Position numbers and translations under genes: made by a program. A DNA stretch of 64,000 nucleotides from Candidatus Zixiibacteriota bacterium (lineage in GTDB: Bacteria; Zixibacteria; MSB-5A5; UBA10806; 4484-95). Positions 1-10,370 of this stretch are shown here, piece by piece (within the stretch, counting starts at the first letter, position 1; each line of letters begins with the position of its first letter). The notes below the pieces were generated by a model. The model saw only the letters and a program-made list of their open reading frames with translations. It made no database searches and was not told where the DNA came from. The stretch is taken from positions 64,001-128,000 of the forward strand of contig JBBIRK010000004.1 in the NCBI GenBank assembly GCA_037441845.1, written 5' to 3'.

Positions 1-1340
1 AAGAAGAACCTGTCCTGCCGGAGCTTTCGGAGCCGGAGGTAGTGCGCCACTTCGTGGCTCTCTCGACGAAAAATCATCATATCGATAAGGGCATGTACCC
101 GCTGGGCTCCTGCACTATGAAATATAATCCGAAAGTGAACGATGACATGGCCGCTCTGCCGGAGTTCGCCTCGGCGCATCCACACAGCCCGGCCGAGGCG
201 GTGCAGGGGACGCTTGAACTGATGTATCACATGCAGGAAATGCTTGCCGCCATCTCGGGGATGGATCAGGTTACGCTGCAACCGGCGGCCGGCGCTCATG
301 GCGAATTCACCGCGTTGCTGCTGATGCGGGCGTATCATATCAAGAACGGGCGGTTGAGAAAAAACATCATCATTCCCGATTCCGCCCACGGCACGAATCC
401 GGCGTCGGTGGCGTTGGCCGGATTCAACACCATCTCGATTCCTTCCAATCAACACGGCCGAGTGGATATAGATAAGCTTGCCGCCGCCTGCGATCAGGAT
501 ACGGCTGGTTTCATGCTGACCAACCCGAATACACTCGGGCTGTTCGAGTGTGAAGTGGAAAAGATCGCCGCGATCGTGCACGAATGTGGGGGGTTGCTTT
601 ATATGGATGGCGCGAATCTGAATGCGCTTCTCGGATTGGTGCGGCCCGGCGATATGGGATTCGATGTGGTGCATTTTAATTTGCACAAGACATTTTCGAC
701 TCCCCATGGCGGAGGCGGACCTGGAGGCGGCGCGCTCGGCGTCAAGTCGTCGCTCGAGCCGTTTCTTCCGGTTCCGATCATCACTCGGAAAACCGATAAG
801 GCCGGCAATCGGAAATATGTTCTCGATTACAATCGTCCGGATACGATAGGAAGAGTGCATGGTTTCTACGGCAACGTCTCCTCGACCATAAGGGGCTATT
901 CCTATATCCGTCAGAACGGCGCCGCCGGATTGTCGCGGATTTCCCGAGCCGCCATAATCAATGCCAACTACTTGAAGGAAAACCTCAAAGACACTTACAC
1001 GTTGCCGTACGATTTTCCCTGCATGCACGAATTCGTCCTTTCCGGCGACAGGCAGTTAAGTCACGGGGTCAAGACGCTCGACCTGGCCAAGCGTCTGCTC
1101 GATTATGGAATTCACGCTCCTACGGTATATTTCCCACTCATCGTGCACGAGGCGATGATGATCGAACCGACCGAGAGCGAAAGCCGTCAATCGCTCGATT
1201 ATTTTATCGAGGTCATGAAAAAGATCGCCGCGGAGGCCGAACAAAATCCCGAATTATTGAAAAAGGCGCCGCATAATACGCCTGTCGGCAGGCTCGACGA
1301 GGCCCTGGCGGCCAAGAATCTCGATATCGGCTGGAAATGA
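1..1340 (+). CDS. gcvPB: Glycine dehydrogenase (decarboxylating) subunit 2, 5' end outside window
   Basis: Frame is open from the window start ([16 protein letters not shown]). Motifs [19 protein letters not shown] and [18 protein letters not shown] (PLP lysine). Confidence 0.96.
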   Translation, partial: EEPVLPELSEPEVVRHFVALSTKNHHIDKGMYPLGSCTMKYNPKVNDDMAALPEFASAHPHSPAEAVQGTLELMYHMQEMLAAISGMDQVTLQPAAGAHGEFTALLLMRAYHIKNGRLRKNIIIPDSAHGTNPASVALAGFNTISIPSNQHGRVDIDKLAAACDQDTAGFMLTNPNTLGLFECEVEKIAAIVHECGGLLYMDGANLNALLGLVRPGDMGFDVVHFNLHKTFSTPHGGGGPGGGALGVKSSLEPFLPVPIITRKTDKAGNRKYVLDYNRPDTIGRVHGFYGNVSSTIRGYSYIRQNGAAGLSRISRAAIINANYLKENLKDTYTLPYDFPCMHEFVLSGDRQLSHGVKTLDLAKRLLDYGIHAPTVYFPLIVHEAMMIEPTESESRQSLDYFIEVMKKIAAEAEQNPELLKKAPHNTPVGRLDEALAAKNLDIGWK

Positions 1341-1384
1341 CGGGTGGCCGGCAAGCCCGGCATTAATGTCGCCGTAGCGAGTTT

Positions 1385-2845
1385 ATGTATCCCCTATTTT
1401 CCCTGCGGAATGTAAGTCTTTTTTATAAAAGACCCGAGGGCGTCTCGAAAGTTGCTCTGTCTCACTTGAATCTGGATATATTTCAGAACGAGACCCTGCT
1501 TATAGCCGGCCCCAACGGATGCGGCAAGTCGAGTCTGGCGAGGTTGCTTGCCGGGTTGGCGGATCATTTCGAGGGCACACTTATATATAAAGGCGCCGAA
1601 ATAAAATGCTACTCGCGCCGGTGTTTCGATGATGTCGCCTTGACTATACAGGAACCGCAGAATCAAATTCTGATGTCGACCGTTTACGAAGAGCTTTCGT
1701 TCCCTCTCGAAATGAGAGGTTATGCTAAAAAAGATATTGCCGGAAAAATCAATGAAGCCGCTTCTCTGTTCGGGATCGAACGATTGCTTCATACCAAGAC
1801 CGACAGACTATCGGGCGGGCAGGTATCGATTGTGGCGATGGCCGCCGCCGCAATTGCCGATCCGCCGGTCATCATATTCGATGAGCCGGACTCGCATTAC
1901 GATTTCCAAGCCAGAAGCGCGTTCGAAAGATATTTGGTTTCGATAAGAGGGAAGAAGACCGTAATCGTCATTACGCAATACCCGGACAGCATGATCGCCG
2001 CCGATCGAATGGCGATAATGAAATCGGGCAAAATCGTGGCCGTCGGTGAGCCTGCACGGCTGCTTGCCAACAAAGAATTACTGCATGAATGCTCGCTTTA
2101 CTGCGATGATCACCAAAACGTTCGCGGCGGAGGAGCGGTGAAATCGCAGGCAAACGAGAAACAGCCGTTGCTTTCGCTTTCCGGTGTGGGCTACATTCAT
2201 AAATCCGGTGATTTTGCGCTTGAGGATATCGGATTCGACATATTCGAGGGCGATAAAGTAGGGATCGTCGGTCCTATCGGTTCCGGCAAGACCACGCTCG
2301 GACTGCTGATCGCAGGGGTTTACAAACCGGATTCAGGCGCTATTTTGCTGGATAATCGGCCGATGAGTGCTTATGAACCTAAATCATTGCGGCGGATGGT
2401 GACGATGGCTTTGCAGTTTCCGGAAAAAGCGCTGATAGAGTATACCGTTCGCGGGGATATCCTTTTCGGGCCGAAACAGCTGGGCATTGAAAATCCCGAT
2501 AAAATCGCGGAGGCAATGCTCGAATTATTCGCCATTGAAGAGCTGGACGATAAAAATCCTCTCGAGTTGTCAGGCGGGCAGAAACGCAAAACCGCGTTGG
2601 CCGGCATTTTTGCGCTAAAGAGCAGATTGGTTGTTCTCGATGAACCGACGGCATCGCTGGACCCGGAATCGGTAAATGAATTGGTCCAGGTGATCGCGGC
2701 TAAGCCGCAAACCGCTTTTGTGATTATAGGCCATGATCTGCGGTTTTTGGTCAGGGTGTGCGACCGCATAATTGGAATCGAAAACGGCAGGTTGGCATTC
2801 GACGTTTCGAAATTCGAGTTTATCCAAAAATATCGATTGATTTGA
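1385..2845 (+). CDS. ECF-type ABC transporter ATPase with two fused nucleotide-binding domains
   Basis: Two Walker A motifs (GPNGCGKS, GPIGSGKT), two LSGGQ signatures, DEP Walker B, EcfA-like Q-loop (QEPQNQ / QFPE). Confidence 0.85.
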   Translation: MYPLFSLRNVSLFYKRPEGVSKVALSHLNLDIFQNETLLIAGPNGCGKSSLARLLAGLADHFEGTLIYKGAEIKCYSRRCFDDVALTIQEPQNQILMSTVYEELSFPLEMRGYAKKDIAGKINEAASLFGIERLLHTKTDRLSGGQVSIVAMAAAAIADPPVIIFDEPDSHYDFQARSAFERYLVSIRGKKTVIVITQYPDSMIAADRMAIMKSGKIVAVGEPARLLANKELLHECSLYCDDHQNVRGGGAVKSQANEKQPLLSLSGVGYIHKSGDFALEDIGFDIFEGDKVGIVGPIGSGKTTLGLLIAGVYKPDSGAILLDNRPMSAYEPKSLRRMVTMALQFPEKALIEYTVRGDILFGPKQLGIENPDKIAEAMLELFAIEELDDKNPLELSGGQKRKTALAGIFALKSRLVVLDEPTASLDPESVNELVQVIAAKPQTAFVIIGHDLRFLVRVCDRIIGIENGRLAFDVSKFEFIQKYRLI

Positions 2846-2854
2846 AGAAAATGA

Positions 2855-2883
2855 TTGACAATAAGGCGGTAGTTGGATATAAG
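2855..2883 (+). promoter_or_regulatory. sigma70-type promoter of the pyr operon
   Basis: TTGACA (2855-2860), 17 bp spacer, TATAAG (2878-2883). An alternative TTTAAG-N17-TATAAT lies at 2889-2917. Confidence 0.6.
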
Positions 2884-2923
2884 TAATTTTTAAGATGTTA
2901 GCGAGTTCGGTTATAATGTTTGC

Positions 2924-2945
2924 GCCCCGAACGGGGCTTTTTTTT
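2924..2945 (+). terminator. Leader (attenuator) terminator upstream of pyrR
   Basis: GCCCC-GAAC-GGGGC hairpin followed by 8 T, between the promoter and the pyrR start. Confidence 0.7.
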
Positions 2946-2949
2946 GAAA

Positions 2950-3498
2950 ATGCCTGATACGCAGATTATGGACGGCCAGGGGATTTCCCGGTCGATCGAC
3001 CGTATGGCTCACGAAATCCTCGAGCATAATCGGGGCCCGCGGGATATGGTTATCGTGGGTATCCGCACCCGGGGAGCCATAATCGCCGAGCGACTTGCCC
3101 GATCAATCGAAAGATTTGAGAAGCTGGCATTGCCGGTCGGGGCGATCGATATTACGTTCCATCGAGATGACATTCAGGGAAAACTCGAACAGCCTATCGT
3201 GCAGAAGACGGACCTGCTTTTTTCCATAGACGATAAGATCGTCATACTCGTTGATGACGTCCTCTATACCGGCCGCACCGTGCGCGCCGCTTTGAACGAG
3301 CTGTCCGACTATGGACGTCCTCGTTGTATCCGGCTGGCGGTGCTGGTTGATCGCGGCCATCGCGAATTACCGATCCGCGCCGACTATGTGGGGATCGAGC
3401 TGCAGACCTATCGCGATGAGTTGGTAATCGTGAATCTTATCGAACAAGACGGTTCCGACAGCGTTATTCTGCGGCAGAAATCGGAGGCCCCGCGGTGA
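2950..3498 (+). CDS. pyrR: Bifunctional pyr operon attenuation regulator / uracil phosphoribosyltransferase
   Basis: RMAHEILE, GIRTRG, VDDVLYTGRT, DRGHRELPIRADYVG. ATG at 2950 preferred over TTG at 2920. Confidence 0.96.
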   Translation: MPDTQIMDGQGISRSIDRMAHEILEHNRGPRDMVIVGIRTRGAIIAERLARSIERFEKLALPVGAIDITFHRDDIQGKLEQPIVQKTDLLFSIDDKIVILVDDVLYTGRTVRAALNELSDYGRPRCIRLAVLVDRGHRELPIRADYVGIELQTYRDELVIVNLIEQDGSDSVILRQKSEAPR

Positions 3499-4427
3499 GG
3501 CTTCGGTCACCTCATCTGCTCGGGCTTGAAGGAGTATCCGCTGGCGAAATAAATCTTTTCCTTGACACCGCGGTAACGCTTCGGGAAATCCTCAACCGCC
3601 CGATCAAGAAAGTCCCCACTTTAAGACATATAACCGTATTGAATCTTTTCTTTGAACCCTCGACCCGTACCCGCATCTCTTTCGAACTCGCGGAGAAAAG
3701 GCTTTCCGCGGATCTGATCAGCTTTTCGGCCGCGACTTCCTCCGTCACCAAGGGCGAGACCTTACTCGATACGATCTGGAATATAGAAGCGATGAAAATC
3801 GATATGGTGGTCATCCGGCACCAGGTGGCCGGCACGCCTCATTTTCTTGCGCGTAATTGCGATTCGAGAATCATCAACGCCGGCGACGGTCAACACGAGC
3901 ACCCCACGCAGGGGCTGCTCGATATCATGACGATCCGCGACCATTTCGGAAAAATCGAAGGACTCAGGGTATGTATAGTCGGAGACATCAAACATTCTCG
4001 GGTGGCTCGATCCAATATCTGGGGACTGAAGACCCTGGGTGCCAGCGTGGCCGTTTGCGGTCCGACCACGTTATTGCCGGCTGAAATCGAAAAGATGGGG
4101 GTTGAGGTTTTCACCAAAATCGAAGCCGCTCTCGAGGGCGCCGATGTCGTCAACGTGCTGCGCCTGCAGAAGGAGCGGCAAACATCGGGGCTGCTGCCTT
4201 CTCTGCGAGAATACAGCCGACGGTTCGGAATCACCACAGAGAGGTTGAAGTATCTGAATAAGGGATTCATGATAATGCATCCCGGTCCGATGAATCGCGG
4301 CGTGGAAATTTCGTCGGAGGTGGCCGATGGACCTTATTCGGTGATATTGTCTCAGGTCACCAACGGAGTGGCGATCCGCATGGCGGTGCTGTATCTGCTG
4401 GGAGGAGGTGCGGGTAAAATTGAGTGA
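3495..4427 (+). CDS. pyrB: Aspartate carbamoyltransferase catalytic subunit
   Basis: FFEPSTRTRISFE, NAGDGQHEHPTQ, MHPGPMNRG. Confidence 0.97.
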   Translation: MRLRSPHLLGLEGVSAGEINLFLDTAVTLREILNRPIKKVPTLRHITVLNLFFEPSTRTRISFELAEKRLSADLISFSAATSSVTKGETLLDTIWNIEAMKIDMVVIRHQVAGTPHFLARNCDSRIINAGDGQHEHPTQGLLDIMTIRDHFGKIEGLRVCIVGDIKHSRVARSNIWGLKTLGASVAVCGPTTLLPAEIEKMGVEVFTKIEAALEGADVVNVLRLQKERQTSGLLPSLREYSRRFGITTERLKYLNKGFMIMHPGPMNRGVEISSEVADGPYSVILSQVTNGVAIRMAVLYLLGGGAGKIE

Positions 4428-5691
4428 CTTGATAATAGGCAAGGGGAGGATAATCGACCCGGTCGATGGGTACTTCGGACCAGGGGCGATTGTCGTGGCC
4501 AATGGAACGTTCGTAGAAATTATCAAGGGTGAAAAGCAACCGGATGCCACGATAGACGCCGAAGGACTTATCGTATGCCCGGGATTGATCGACATGCACG
4601 TTCATCTCAGAGAGCCGGGATTCGAGTATAAAGAAACCATTCATTCGGGGGCGCAAGCGGCCGCCGCCGGTGGGTTCACCTCGATCGCCTGTATGCCCAA
4701 CACCGAACCGACGCTGGATAATCAGGAGACTATAAAATTCGTTTACGAGAAGGCAGCCGCGGCGCCGGTGCGGGTTTATCCCGTGGGAGCGGTGACCAGA
4801 GGCAGGCAGGGCCAGCAATTGGCGGAAATGGGGGAGATGCTCGAGGCCGGAGCTGTGGCGTTCAGCGATGACGGCAATGGTATTCAGAATGGAAATATGA
4901 TGCGCCGCGCGCTCGAATACTGCCGCATGCTCGGAGTCAATATATTGTCCCACTGCGAATATGTCGATCTTACCGATAACGGCGTGATGAACGAGGGGTA
5001 TATGTCGACGGTTCTCGGCCTACGGGGATCGCCCAGAATCGCCGAGGAGCTGATGATCGCCCGCGATATAATGTTGGCGGAATATGTGGGCGCATCGGTG
5101 CATATCCAGCATCTGACCACCGCCGGCGGTGTAGAGTTGGTCAGAGACGCCAAGAAAAGGGGTGTTGCGGTAACCGCCGAAACCTGCCCGCATTATTTCA
5201 CCATTTACGATGAATATTTGAAATCGTATGATACCAACCTAAAAGTGAATCCACCGATTCGAACCAAAAAAGATATGCTTGCGATCCGCCGGGCATTGGC
5301 ATCGGGCGTGATTGACGTAATCGCCACCGACCATGCGCCGCACGCCTGGGAGGAGAAGGCGCTCGAGTTCGATTTCGCCCCCTCCGGGATAATCGGTCTG
5401 GAGACCGCTGTTGGTTTGATTTCGACCGAGCTTGTCCGCAAGAACCTATTGAATTGGCCGGATGCCGTAAAGAAGTTGACGATCAAGCCTGCGGAGATTT
5501 TGAAAATCCCCGGCGGGAAATTCGAAATCGGCAAGCCTGCGGATATCACTTTGATCGATCCCGAACTCGAGTGGGTTGTCACCGAATCGGATTTCCGATC
5601 GCTTTCCAAAAATTCTCCGTTTACGGGGCGGAGACTTACCGGCCGGACGGTAAAGACGATCGTTTCCGGCGACGTCGTTTTCGAACTTTAG
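4420..5691 (+). CDS. pyrC: Dihydroorotase
   Basis: PGLIDMHVHLREPG, MPNT, KVNPP, ATDHAPH. TTG start downstream of GGAGG. Confidence 0.96.
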   Translation: MSDLIIGKGRIIDPVDGYFGPGAIVVANGTFVEIIKGEKQPDATIDAEGLIVCPGLIDMHVHLREPGFEYKETIHSGAQAAAAGGFTSIACMPNTEPTLDNQETIKFVYEKAAAAPVRVYPVGAVTRGRQGQQLAEMGEMLEAGAVAFSDDGNGIQNGNMMRRALEYCRMLGVNILSHCEYVDLTDNGVMNEGYMSTVLGLRGSPRIAEELMIARDIMLAEYVGASVHIQHLTTAGGVELVRDAKKRGVAVTAETCPHYFTIYDEYLKSYDTNLKVNPPIRTKKDMLAIRRALASGVIDVIATDHAPHAWEEKALEFDFAPSGIIGLETAVGLISTELVRKNLLNWPDAVKKLTIKPAEILKIPGGKFEIGKPADITLIDPELEWVVTESDFRSLSKNSPFTGRRLTGRTVKTIVSGDVVFEL

Positions 5692-5769
5692 AATTGGTCC
5701 GGATACGACCTGCGGGGTCGGTGAAGTTGGACGTGGGAACGTATCGGCGTAACTTTGATCCGCTAGTGC

Positions 5770-6897
5770 GTGATCGATAATCGCGGTGAAATTGTTATGC
5801 ACATGTTCATAAAATCGATTCTTCACGCCTTGGCAGCGCTGTTGATAATGTCCCTTATCGAATCCCCCGGAATCGTCGACGAGCGAAGCGGTTTGCTGGC
5901 GATGACCGATTTCAGCGCCCATCGGCCGTTCGTCAGCAGGGCGTTGATACCGATTCTGGTTTTGCTGGTCGAGCGTGTTTGTCCTTCGGCGGTTCTTTCC
6001 GCGATGGATAAGGTCACAGACGGCATTGTCAGGACACAAGGCCCGCGAATTTTCGGCAACCTTTATCAAGATAAGATGGAAACAGTCGCGAAGGCCGGGC
6101 GGCGGGTGGCGATTTTCGAGTTGATCAACTGGTTCTGCTTGACCGGTTTCTTGTTCGTTTTGTCTTTGTTGCTGAACGAAGTGTGCGGTTTCAGTTCGAA
6201 GACATCGACTATTTTGCCTATGACGCTGATATTCGTGTTTCCGGCCTACTTAGATTTCGCCAATTATGTTTACGATTTCGCCGTGATATTCTTGTTCAGT
6301 CTCGCTCTATTATTTTTGTATAGACGAAATTGGAGTGGGTATTTGATCGTTTTTACGCTGGCTGTATTTAATAAGGAAACGGCCGTGTTATTGATAGTCG
6401 TCTTCGCCTTATATCATTTTAAGCAAATCAACCGAGCGGCTTTTTATAGGCTGTTGTCGATTCAATTGATTTTATTCTTATCGCACCGGGTGGGGGCGAT
6501 ATTGATATTCGCCGATAATCCAGGACAAACTCTCGAATGGCACTTGCCGGAGAATCTGACTTACCTTGCGCAAGTCGGTAATTATTTACGGTTTGAGCCG
6601 CTCGGCGGTTCGCTGCTGTTTCCGAGGGGTTTGGCGATTCCGTATCCCAAGGGTTTGAATCTGCCCGTGCTTGTGGCGATCGGATATTTGATTTTCGCCG
6701 GATGGAGGCGCTATCCGCTTTTTTTGAAGCGGGCCGCATTGATTTTGCCGATATTGTATGGGACATGTCTGTTTTTCGGTATAATAAGTGAATTACGCTC
6801 GTATTACGAGGAGCTGCCGATTATATTCATGCTTGCTGCCTGCGGCGGACGATACTTGTTTGGCATTGACAGGTCGGTTGAAAAGTCTAATCGGTAG
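5770..6897 (+). CDS. Polytopic membrane protein of unknown function (GT-C-like topology possible)
   Basis: 375-aa ORF with many hydrophobic segments. RPFVSR, YD and NKET motifs lie in loops. Start uncertain. Confidence 0.6.
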   Translation: MIDNRGEIVMHMFIKSILHALAALLIMSLIESPGIVDERSGLLAMTDFSAHRPFVSRALIPILVLLVERVCPSAVLSAMDKVTDGIVRTQGPRIFGNLYQDKMETVAKAGRRVAIFELINWFCLTGFLFVLSLLLNEVCGFSSKTSTILPMTLIFVFPAYLDFANYVYDFAVIFLFSLALLFLYRRNWSGYLIVFTLAVFNKETAVLLIVVFALYHFKQINRAAFYRLLSIQLILFLSHRVGAILIFADNPGQTLEWHLPENLTYLAQVGNYLRFEPLGGSLLFPRGLAIPYPKGLNLPVLVAIGYLIFAGWRRYPLFLKRAALILPILYGTCLFFGIISELRSYYEELPIIFMLAACGGRYLFGIDRSVEKSNR

Positions 6898-6905
6898 ACT
6901 TAATA

Positions 6906-7922
6906 ATGAATTCGATAAGCGAAAGACTCAATTTCCGCACGCTCGAATGGCGCGGCGACCATCTTCGGCTGATCGACCAACGGGCGCTGCCCGGTAAAGA
7001 AGAATACCTTGAATGCAGAACTGCGGCTGAAGTCGTATCCGCTATTAAAACCATGGCGATCCGCGGCGCACCGGCTATCGGAATCGCCGCCGCTTACGGA
7101 ATGGCATTGGCGGCGATCGCAGGACAAGATTATGGGGAAGCGGCCCTGCTCCTGAAAAACAGCCGACCCACCGCCGCCAATCTCGCCTGGGCGGTCGATA
7201 GAATGACTCTAATCTGCGAATCGCACGATTCGGCGAAAATCGTTGGGGAAGCTAAGGCGATCGAGGCGGATGACGCGATGATGTGCCGTCAGATAGGAGC
7301 GAACGGCGCCGGATTCCTGGCTGATGGAATCAATGTGCTGACCCATTGTAATGCGGGCGCGCTGGCCACCGGCGGAATCGGAACCGCCCTCGGAATCATC
7401 TACACCGCGCATTTTTCGGGCAAGCGAATTCACGTCTGGGTGGACGAAACCCGCCCGTTCTTGCAGGGGGCGAGATTGACCGCTTGGGAACTCGGCCGGG
7501 CAGGCGTCCCCCATACGCTTATTTGCGACAGCGTGGCAGCCTCGCTGATGGCTGCGGGCAAAGTCGATTGCGTGATAGTGGGAGCCGACCGCATAGCCCG
7601 AAACGGCGATTTCGCCAACAAAATCGGTACATATGGGTTGGCTGTGCTCGCCGCCCACCATAATATACCGTTTTACGTGGCCGCGCCTTCATCGACATTC
7701 GATAAACAATGCTGCACGGGGGAAGATATCGTGGTCGAGGAACGTGATCCGGCGGAAGTGACCTCGATATCGGGAACACGGATCTGTCCGGCGGATTCGA
7801 ATGCGTATAATCCGGCTTTCGACATTGCGCCCGGATCGTTGGTCACCTCGTTTATAACCGAGAAAGAAATTATCGGCGCCGGCGATTGGGAAGCGGGGAA
7901 TCCGCATGGACTTTTGCCATGA
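6906..7922 (+). CDS. mtnA: S-methyl-5-thioribose-1-phosphate isomerase
   Basis: IRGAPAIG, RPTA, THCNAGALAT, DETRP, GADRIARNGDFANKIGTY, NPAFD. Confidence 0.96.
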   Translation: MNSISERLNFRTLEWRGDHLRLIDQRALPGKEEYLECRTAAEVVSAIKTMAIRGAPAIGIAAAYGMALAAIAGQDYGEAALLLKNSRPTAANLAWAVDRMTLICESHDSAKIVGEAKAIEADDAMMCRQIGANGAGFLADGINVLTHCNAGALATGGIGTALGIIYTAHFSGKRIHVWVDETRPFLQGARLTAWELGRAGVPHTLICDSVAASLMAAGKVDCVIVGADRIARNGDFANKIGTYGLAVLAAHHNIPFYVAAPSSTFDKQCCTGEDIVVEERDPAEVTSISGTRICPADSNAYNPAFDIAPGSLVTSFITEKEIIGAGDWEAGNPHGLLP

Positions 7923-7993
7923 GGCAAGAGTGTATCGGCGATTCATTAACGATAAAGCTTATCTGACGATATAATAAAATATTGATAAAATAC

Positions 7994-8021
7994 TTGACAA
8001 TTTCGATAGATGAGATAAAAT
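7994..8021 (+). promoter_or_regulatory. sigma70-type promoter of the rplM operon
   Basis: TTGACA, 16 bp spacer, TAAAAT in an AT-rich intergenic region. Confidence 0.65.
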
Positions 8022-8089
8022 TTAAGTTTTGTAAATAATGGCCGGGCCGAGCGTTTCGTTCGCCGGAATTGGATATTTAAGGAGTCTCG

Positions 8090-8518
8090 ATGAAGACCTT
8101 TGTTCCCAAACCTTCCGAACATGTCAGAAAATGGTATGTCGTCGATGCCAACGGCAAGATCCTCGGGCGGATCGCCACCGAGATCGCCAAGCGGATCCGC
8201 GGCAAGGATAATCCAATGTTCACGCCCTATTATGATCTGGGTGCATCGGTGATCGTGATAAATGCGGATAAAGTGAAATTGACCGGCAAGAAGCCCGGCC
8301 TGAAAACTTATTATTGGCATACTTTCTATCCGGGTTCATTGAAATCGGTGACTTTTTCCAAACTGCTGGCCACGCAGCCGGAAAAGGTGATCGAAGAAGC
8401 CGTTCGCGGAATGCTGCCCAAAAATCGGCTGGGACGCCGGCTGTTTCAAAGGCTGCACGTCTACGCCGGACCCAACCACCCGCATGCATCCCAAAACCCC
8501 CAACCACTCGAAATCTAA
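8090..8518 (+). CDS. rplM: 50S ribosomal protein L13
   Basis: WYVVDANGKILGRIA, VRGMLPKNRLGR, YAGPNHPH. Confidence 0.98.
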   Translation: MKTFVPKPSEHVRKWYVVDANGKILGRIATEIAKRIRGKDNPMFTPYYDLGASVIVINADKVKLTGKKPGLKTYYWHTFYPGSLKSVTFSKLLATQPEKVIEEAVRGMLPKNRLGRRLFQRLHVYAGPNHPHASQNPQPLEI

Positions 8519-8530
8519 AGCGGAGGACTA

Positions 8531-8923
8531 TTGAACAGCGAAATCGCGGTTGCGACCGGTAGTCGCAAAAATGCCGTCGCCCGGGTCAGTATCAAACCCG
8601 GAACCGGTAAAATCGAGATCAACGAAAGACAACCCTTGAAATATCTTTGCCGGCAGAATCTTGTTACGCTGGCGTTCGCCCCTTTGTTCGAGGCCAAACT
8701 TGCGGGACGGCTTGACGTTTCGGTGCGCGTGAAAGGCGGCGGATTAAGCGGCCAGGCAGGAGCGATGAGGTTGGCGCTGGCCAGAGCTTTGGTTAAATAC
8801 GAGCCGCAGCTTAAAGGCGCGCTCAAGGACGCCGGCTTTCTGACCCGCGACCCGCGCATGGTAGAGCGGAAAAAATACGGCATGGTCAAGGCGAGGAAAC
8901 GTTTCCAATTCTCGAAACGTTGA
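8531..8923 (+). CDS. rpsI: 30S ribosomal protein S9
   Basis: GGGLSGQAGA, LTRDPRMVERKKYG, C-terminal QFSKR. TTG start with GGAGG SD. Confidence 0.98.
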   Translation: MNSEIAVATGSRKNAVARVSIKPGTGKIEINERQPLKYLCRQNLVTLAFAPLFEAKLAGRLDVSVRVKGGGLSGQAGAMRLALARALVKYEPQLKGALKDAGFLTRDPRMVERKKYGMVKARKRFQFSKR

Positions 8924-8935
8924 TGATCGAGTAAT

Positions 8936-9015
8936 CACGCACACCGGAGGACTCGTGGCGGGGTCCCTTTACGGGCCGCCGGAGGATGAGTCCGGTGGAG
9001 GAATAAAACCAAACC
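8936..9015 (+). promoter_or_regulatory. Probable ribosomal protein S2 (rpsB) leader RNA
   Basis: CACCGGA...TCCGGTG outer stem, inner GACTC/GAGTC and GGCGG/CCGCC stems, then GGAGG...AAACC, directly 5' of rpsB. Confidence 0.65.
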
Positions 9016-9035
9016 CATCTTAATGAAAGGATCAC

Positions 9036-9761
9036 ATGTCTCAAATCGATATTAAGGATTTGCTCGAGGCAGGCGTGCATTTCGGCCACCAGACCCAGCG
9101 CTGGAATCCGAAAATGAAAAAGTTTATTTTCACTTCGCGCAACGGAATCTACATAATCGACCTGAAAAAGACATTGCTTTCTATCCAGCGGGCTTGCGGA
9201 AAATTGCGCGAAATCGCCTCGAGCGGAGAAAAAGTGTTGTTCGTGGGAACGAAAAAGCAGGCGCAGTTGGTGGTCAAAGACGAAGCTCGTCGCTGTGATG
9301 AATTTTATGTTATCGAACGTTGGCTTGGTGGAACCTTGACTAATTTTCAGACTATAAAGGCCAATATCAAACGGCTTAAAGATATCGAACGGATGCAGGA
9401 AGACGGCACTTTCGCCAATTTGACCAAGAAAGAGGCGATGATTCTCGAAAAAGAGAAATCGAGGCTGGATAAATTCCTCAATGGAATCAAAGAAATGTAT
9501 AAACTGCCCGCCGTGGTTATAGTGGTCGATGCCAAAAAGGAGCGGATCGCGGTGGCCGAAGCCAAGAAATTGAAAATTCCGGTGATCGGCATTATCGATA
9601 CCAACACCGATCCCGATCCGATCGATTATCCGATAGCCGCCAACGACGACGCGATCAAATCGATCAGCGTTATATTGCGGGCGCTTTCCGACTCGATACT
9701 CGAGGGCAAGGCCAAAGGCGAAGAGCAGGCGGAAGCGGCCAAGGTTTCCGAGGAGGCATAG
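9036..9761 (+). CDS. rpsB: 30S ribosomal protein S2
   Basis: [33 protein letters not shown]. Confidence 0.98.
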   Translation: MSQIDIKDLLEAGVHFGHQTQRWNPKMKKFIFTSRNGIYIIDLKKTLLSIQRACGKLREIASSGEKVLFVGTKKQAQLVVKDEARRCDEFYVIERWLGGTLTNFQTIKANIKRLKDIERMQEDGTFANLTKKEAMILEKEKSRLDKFLNGIKEMYKLPAVVIVVDAKKERIAVAEAKKLKIPVIGIIDTNTDPDPIDYPIAANDDAIKSISVILRALSDSILEGKAKGEEQAEAAKVSEEA

Positions 9762-9765
9762 ATAG

Positions 9766-10359
9766 ATGGAGATTTCTGCAGCGCTGGTTAAGGAACTAAG
9801 GGAAAAAACGGGCGCCGGTATGATGGATTGCAAGAAGGCGCTGAGCGAGGCCAATGGTGATTTCGAAAAGGCCGTGACGCTGCTTCGAGAGCAAGGATTG
9901 GCCAAAGCCACCGCCAAGGCCGGCCGTCAGGCCAAAGAGGGATTGATTTACGCTTATATTCATCCGGGCGACAAGCTGGGAGTGTTGGTTGAGGTGAATT
10001 GCGAAACCGATTTCGTGGCCCGCACCGACGATTTCAAACAGTTATGTAAAGATATCGCCATGCAAATAGCCGCCTCGAGCCCATTGGTGATCAATCGCGG
10101 CGATCTCGATCCCGCCGTAGTGGCCGCCGAGAAGGAAATATATCGAGCTCAGGCGATCAAGGAAGGCAAGCCCGAAAAGGTAATCGATAAAATCGTCGAG
10201 GGCAGGCTCGAGAAATTTTATCAGGAAGTCGTCCTGACCGAGCAGGTATTCATCAAAGATCAAGACCGGACGATTAAGGACATCCTCGCCGAAGCGGTAG
10301 GCCGGATAGGCGAAAACATTCAGATAAAGCGATTCGCCAGATACAGATTGGGCGAATAA
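9766..10359 (+). CDS. tsf: Elongation factor Ts (short, 197-aa form)
   Basis: [30 protein letters not shown]. Confidence 0.98.
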   Translation: MEISAALVKELREKTGAGMMDCKKALSEANGDFEKAVTLLREQGLAKATAKAGRQAKEGLIYAYIHPGDKLGVLVEVNCETDFVARTDDFKQLCKDIAMQIAASSPLVINRGDLDPAVVAAEKEIYRAQAIKEGKPEKVIDKIVEGRLEKFYQEVVLTEQVFIKDQDRTIKDILAEAVGRIGENIQIKRFARYRLGE

Positions 10360-10370
10360 TCTTTGTTTTA

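Noticed and set aside
2920..2949. N-terminal extension of PyrR from the TTG start
   Set aside because: It runs through the terminator hairpin, and the PyrR-like sequence begins at ATG 2950.
8886..9917. 343-aa minus-strand ORF
   Set aside because: Antisense shadow of rpsB/tsf.
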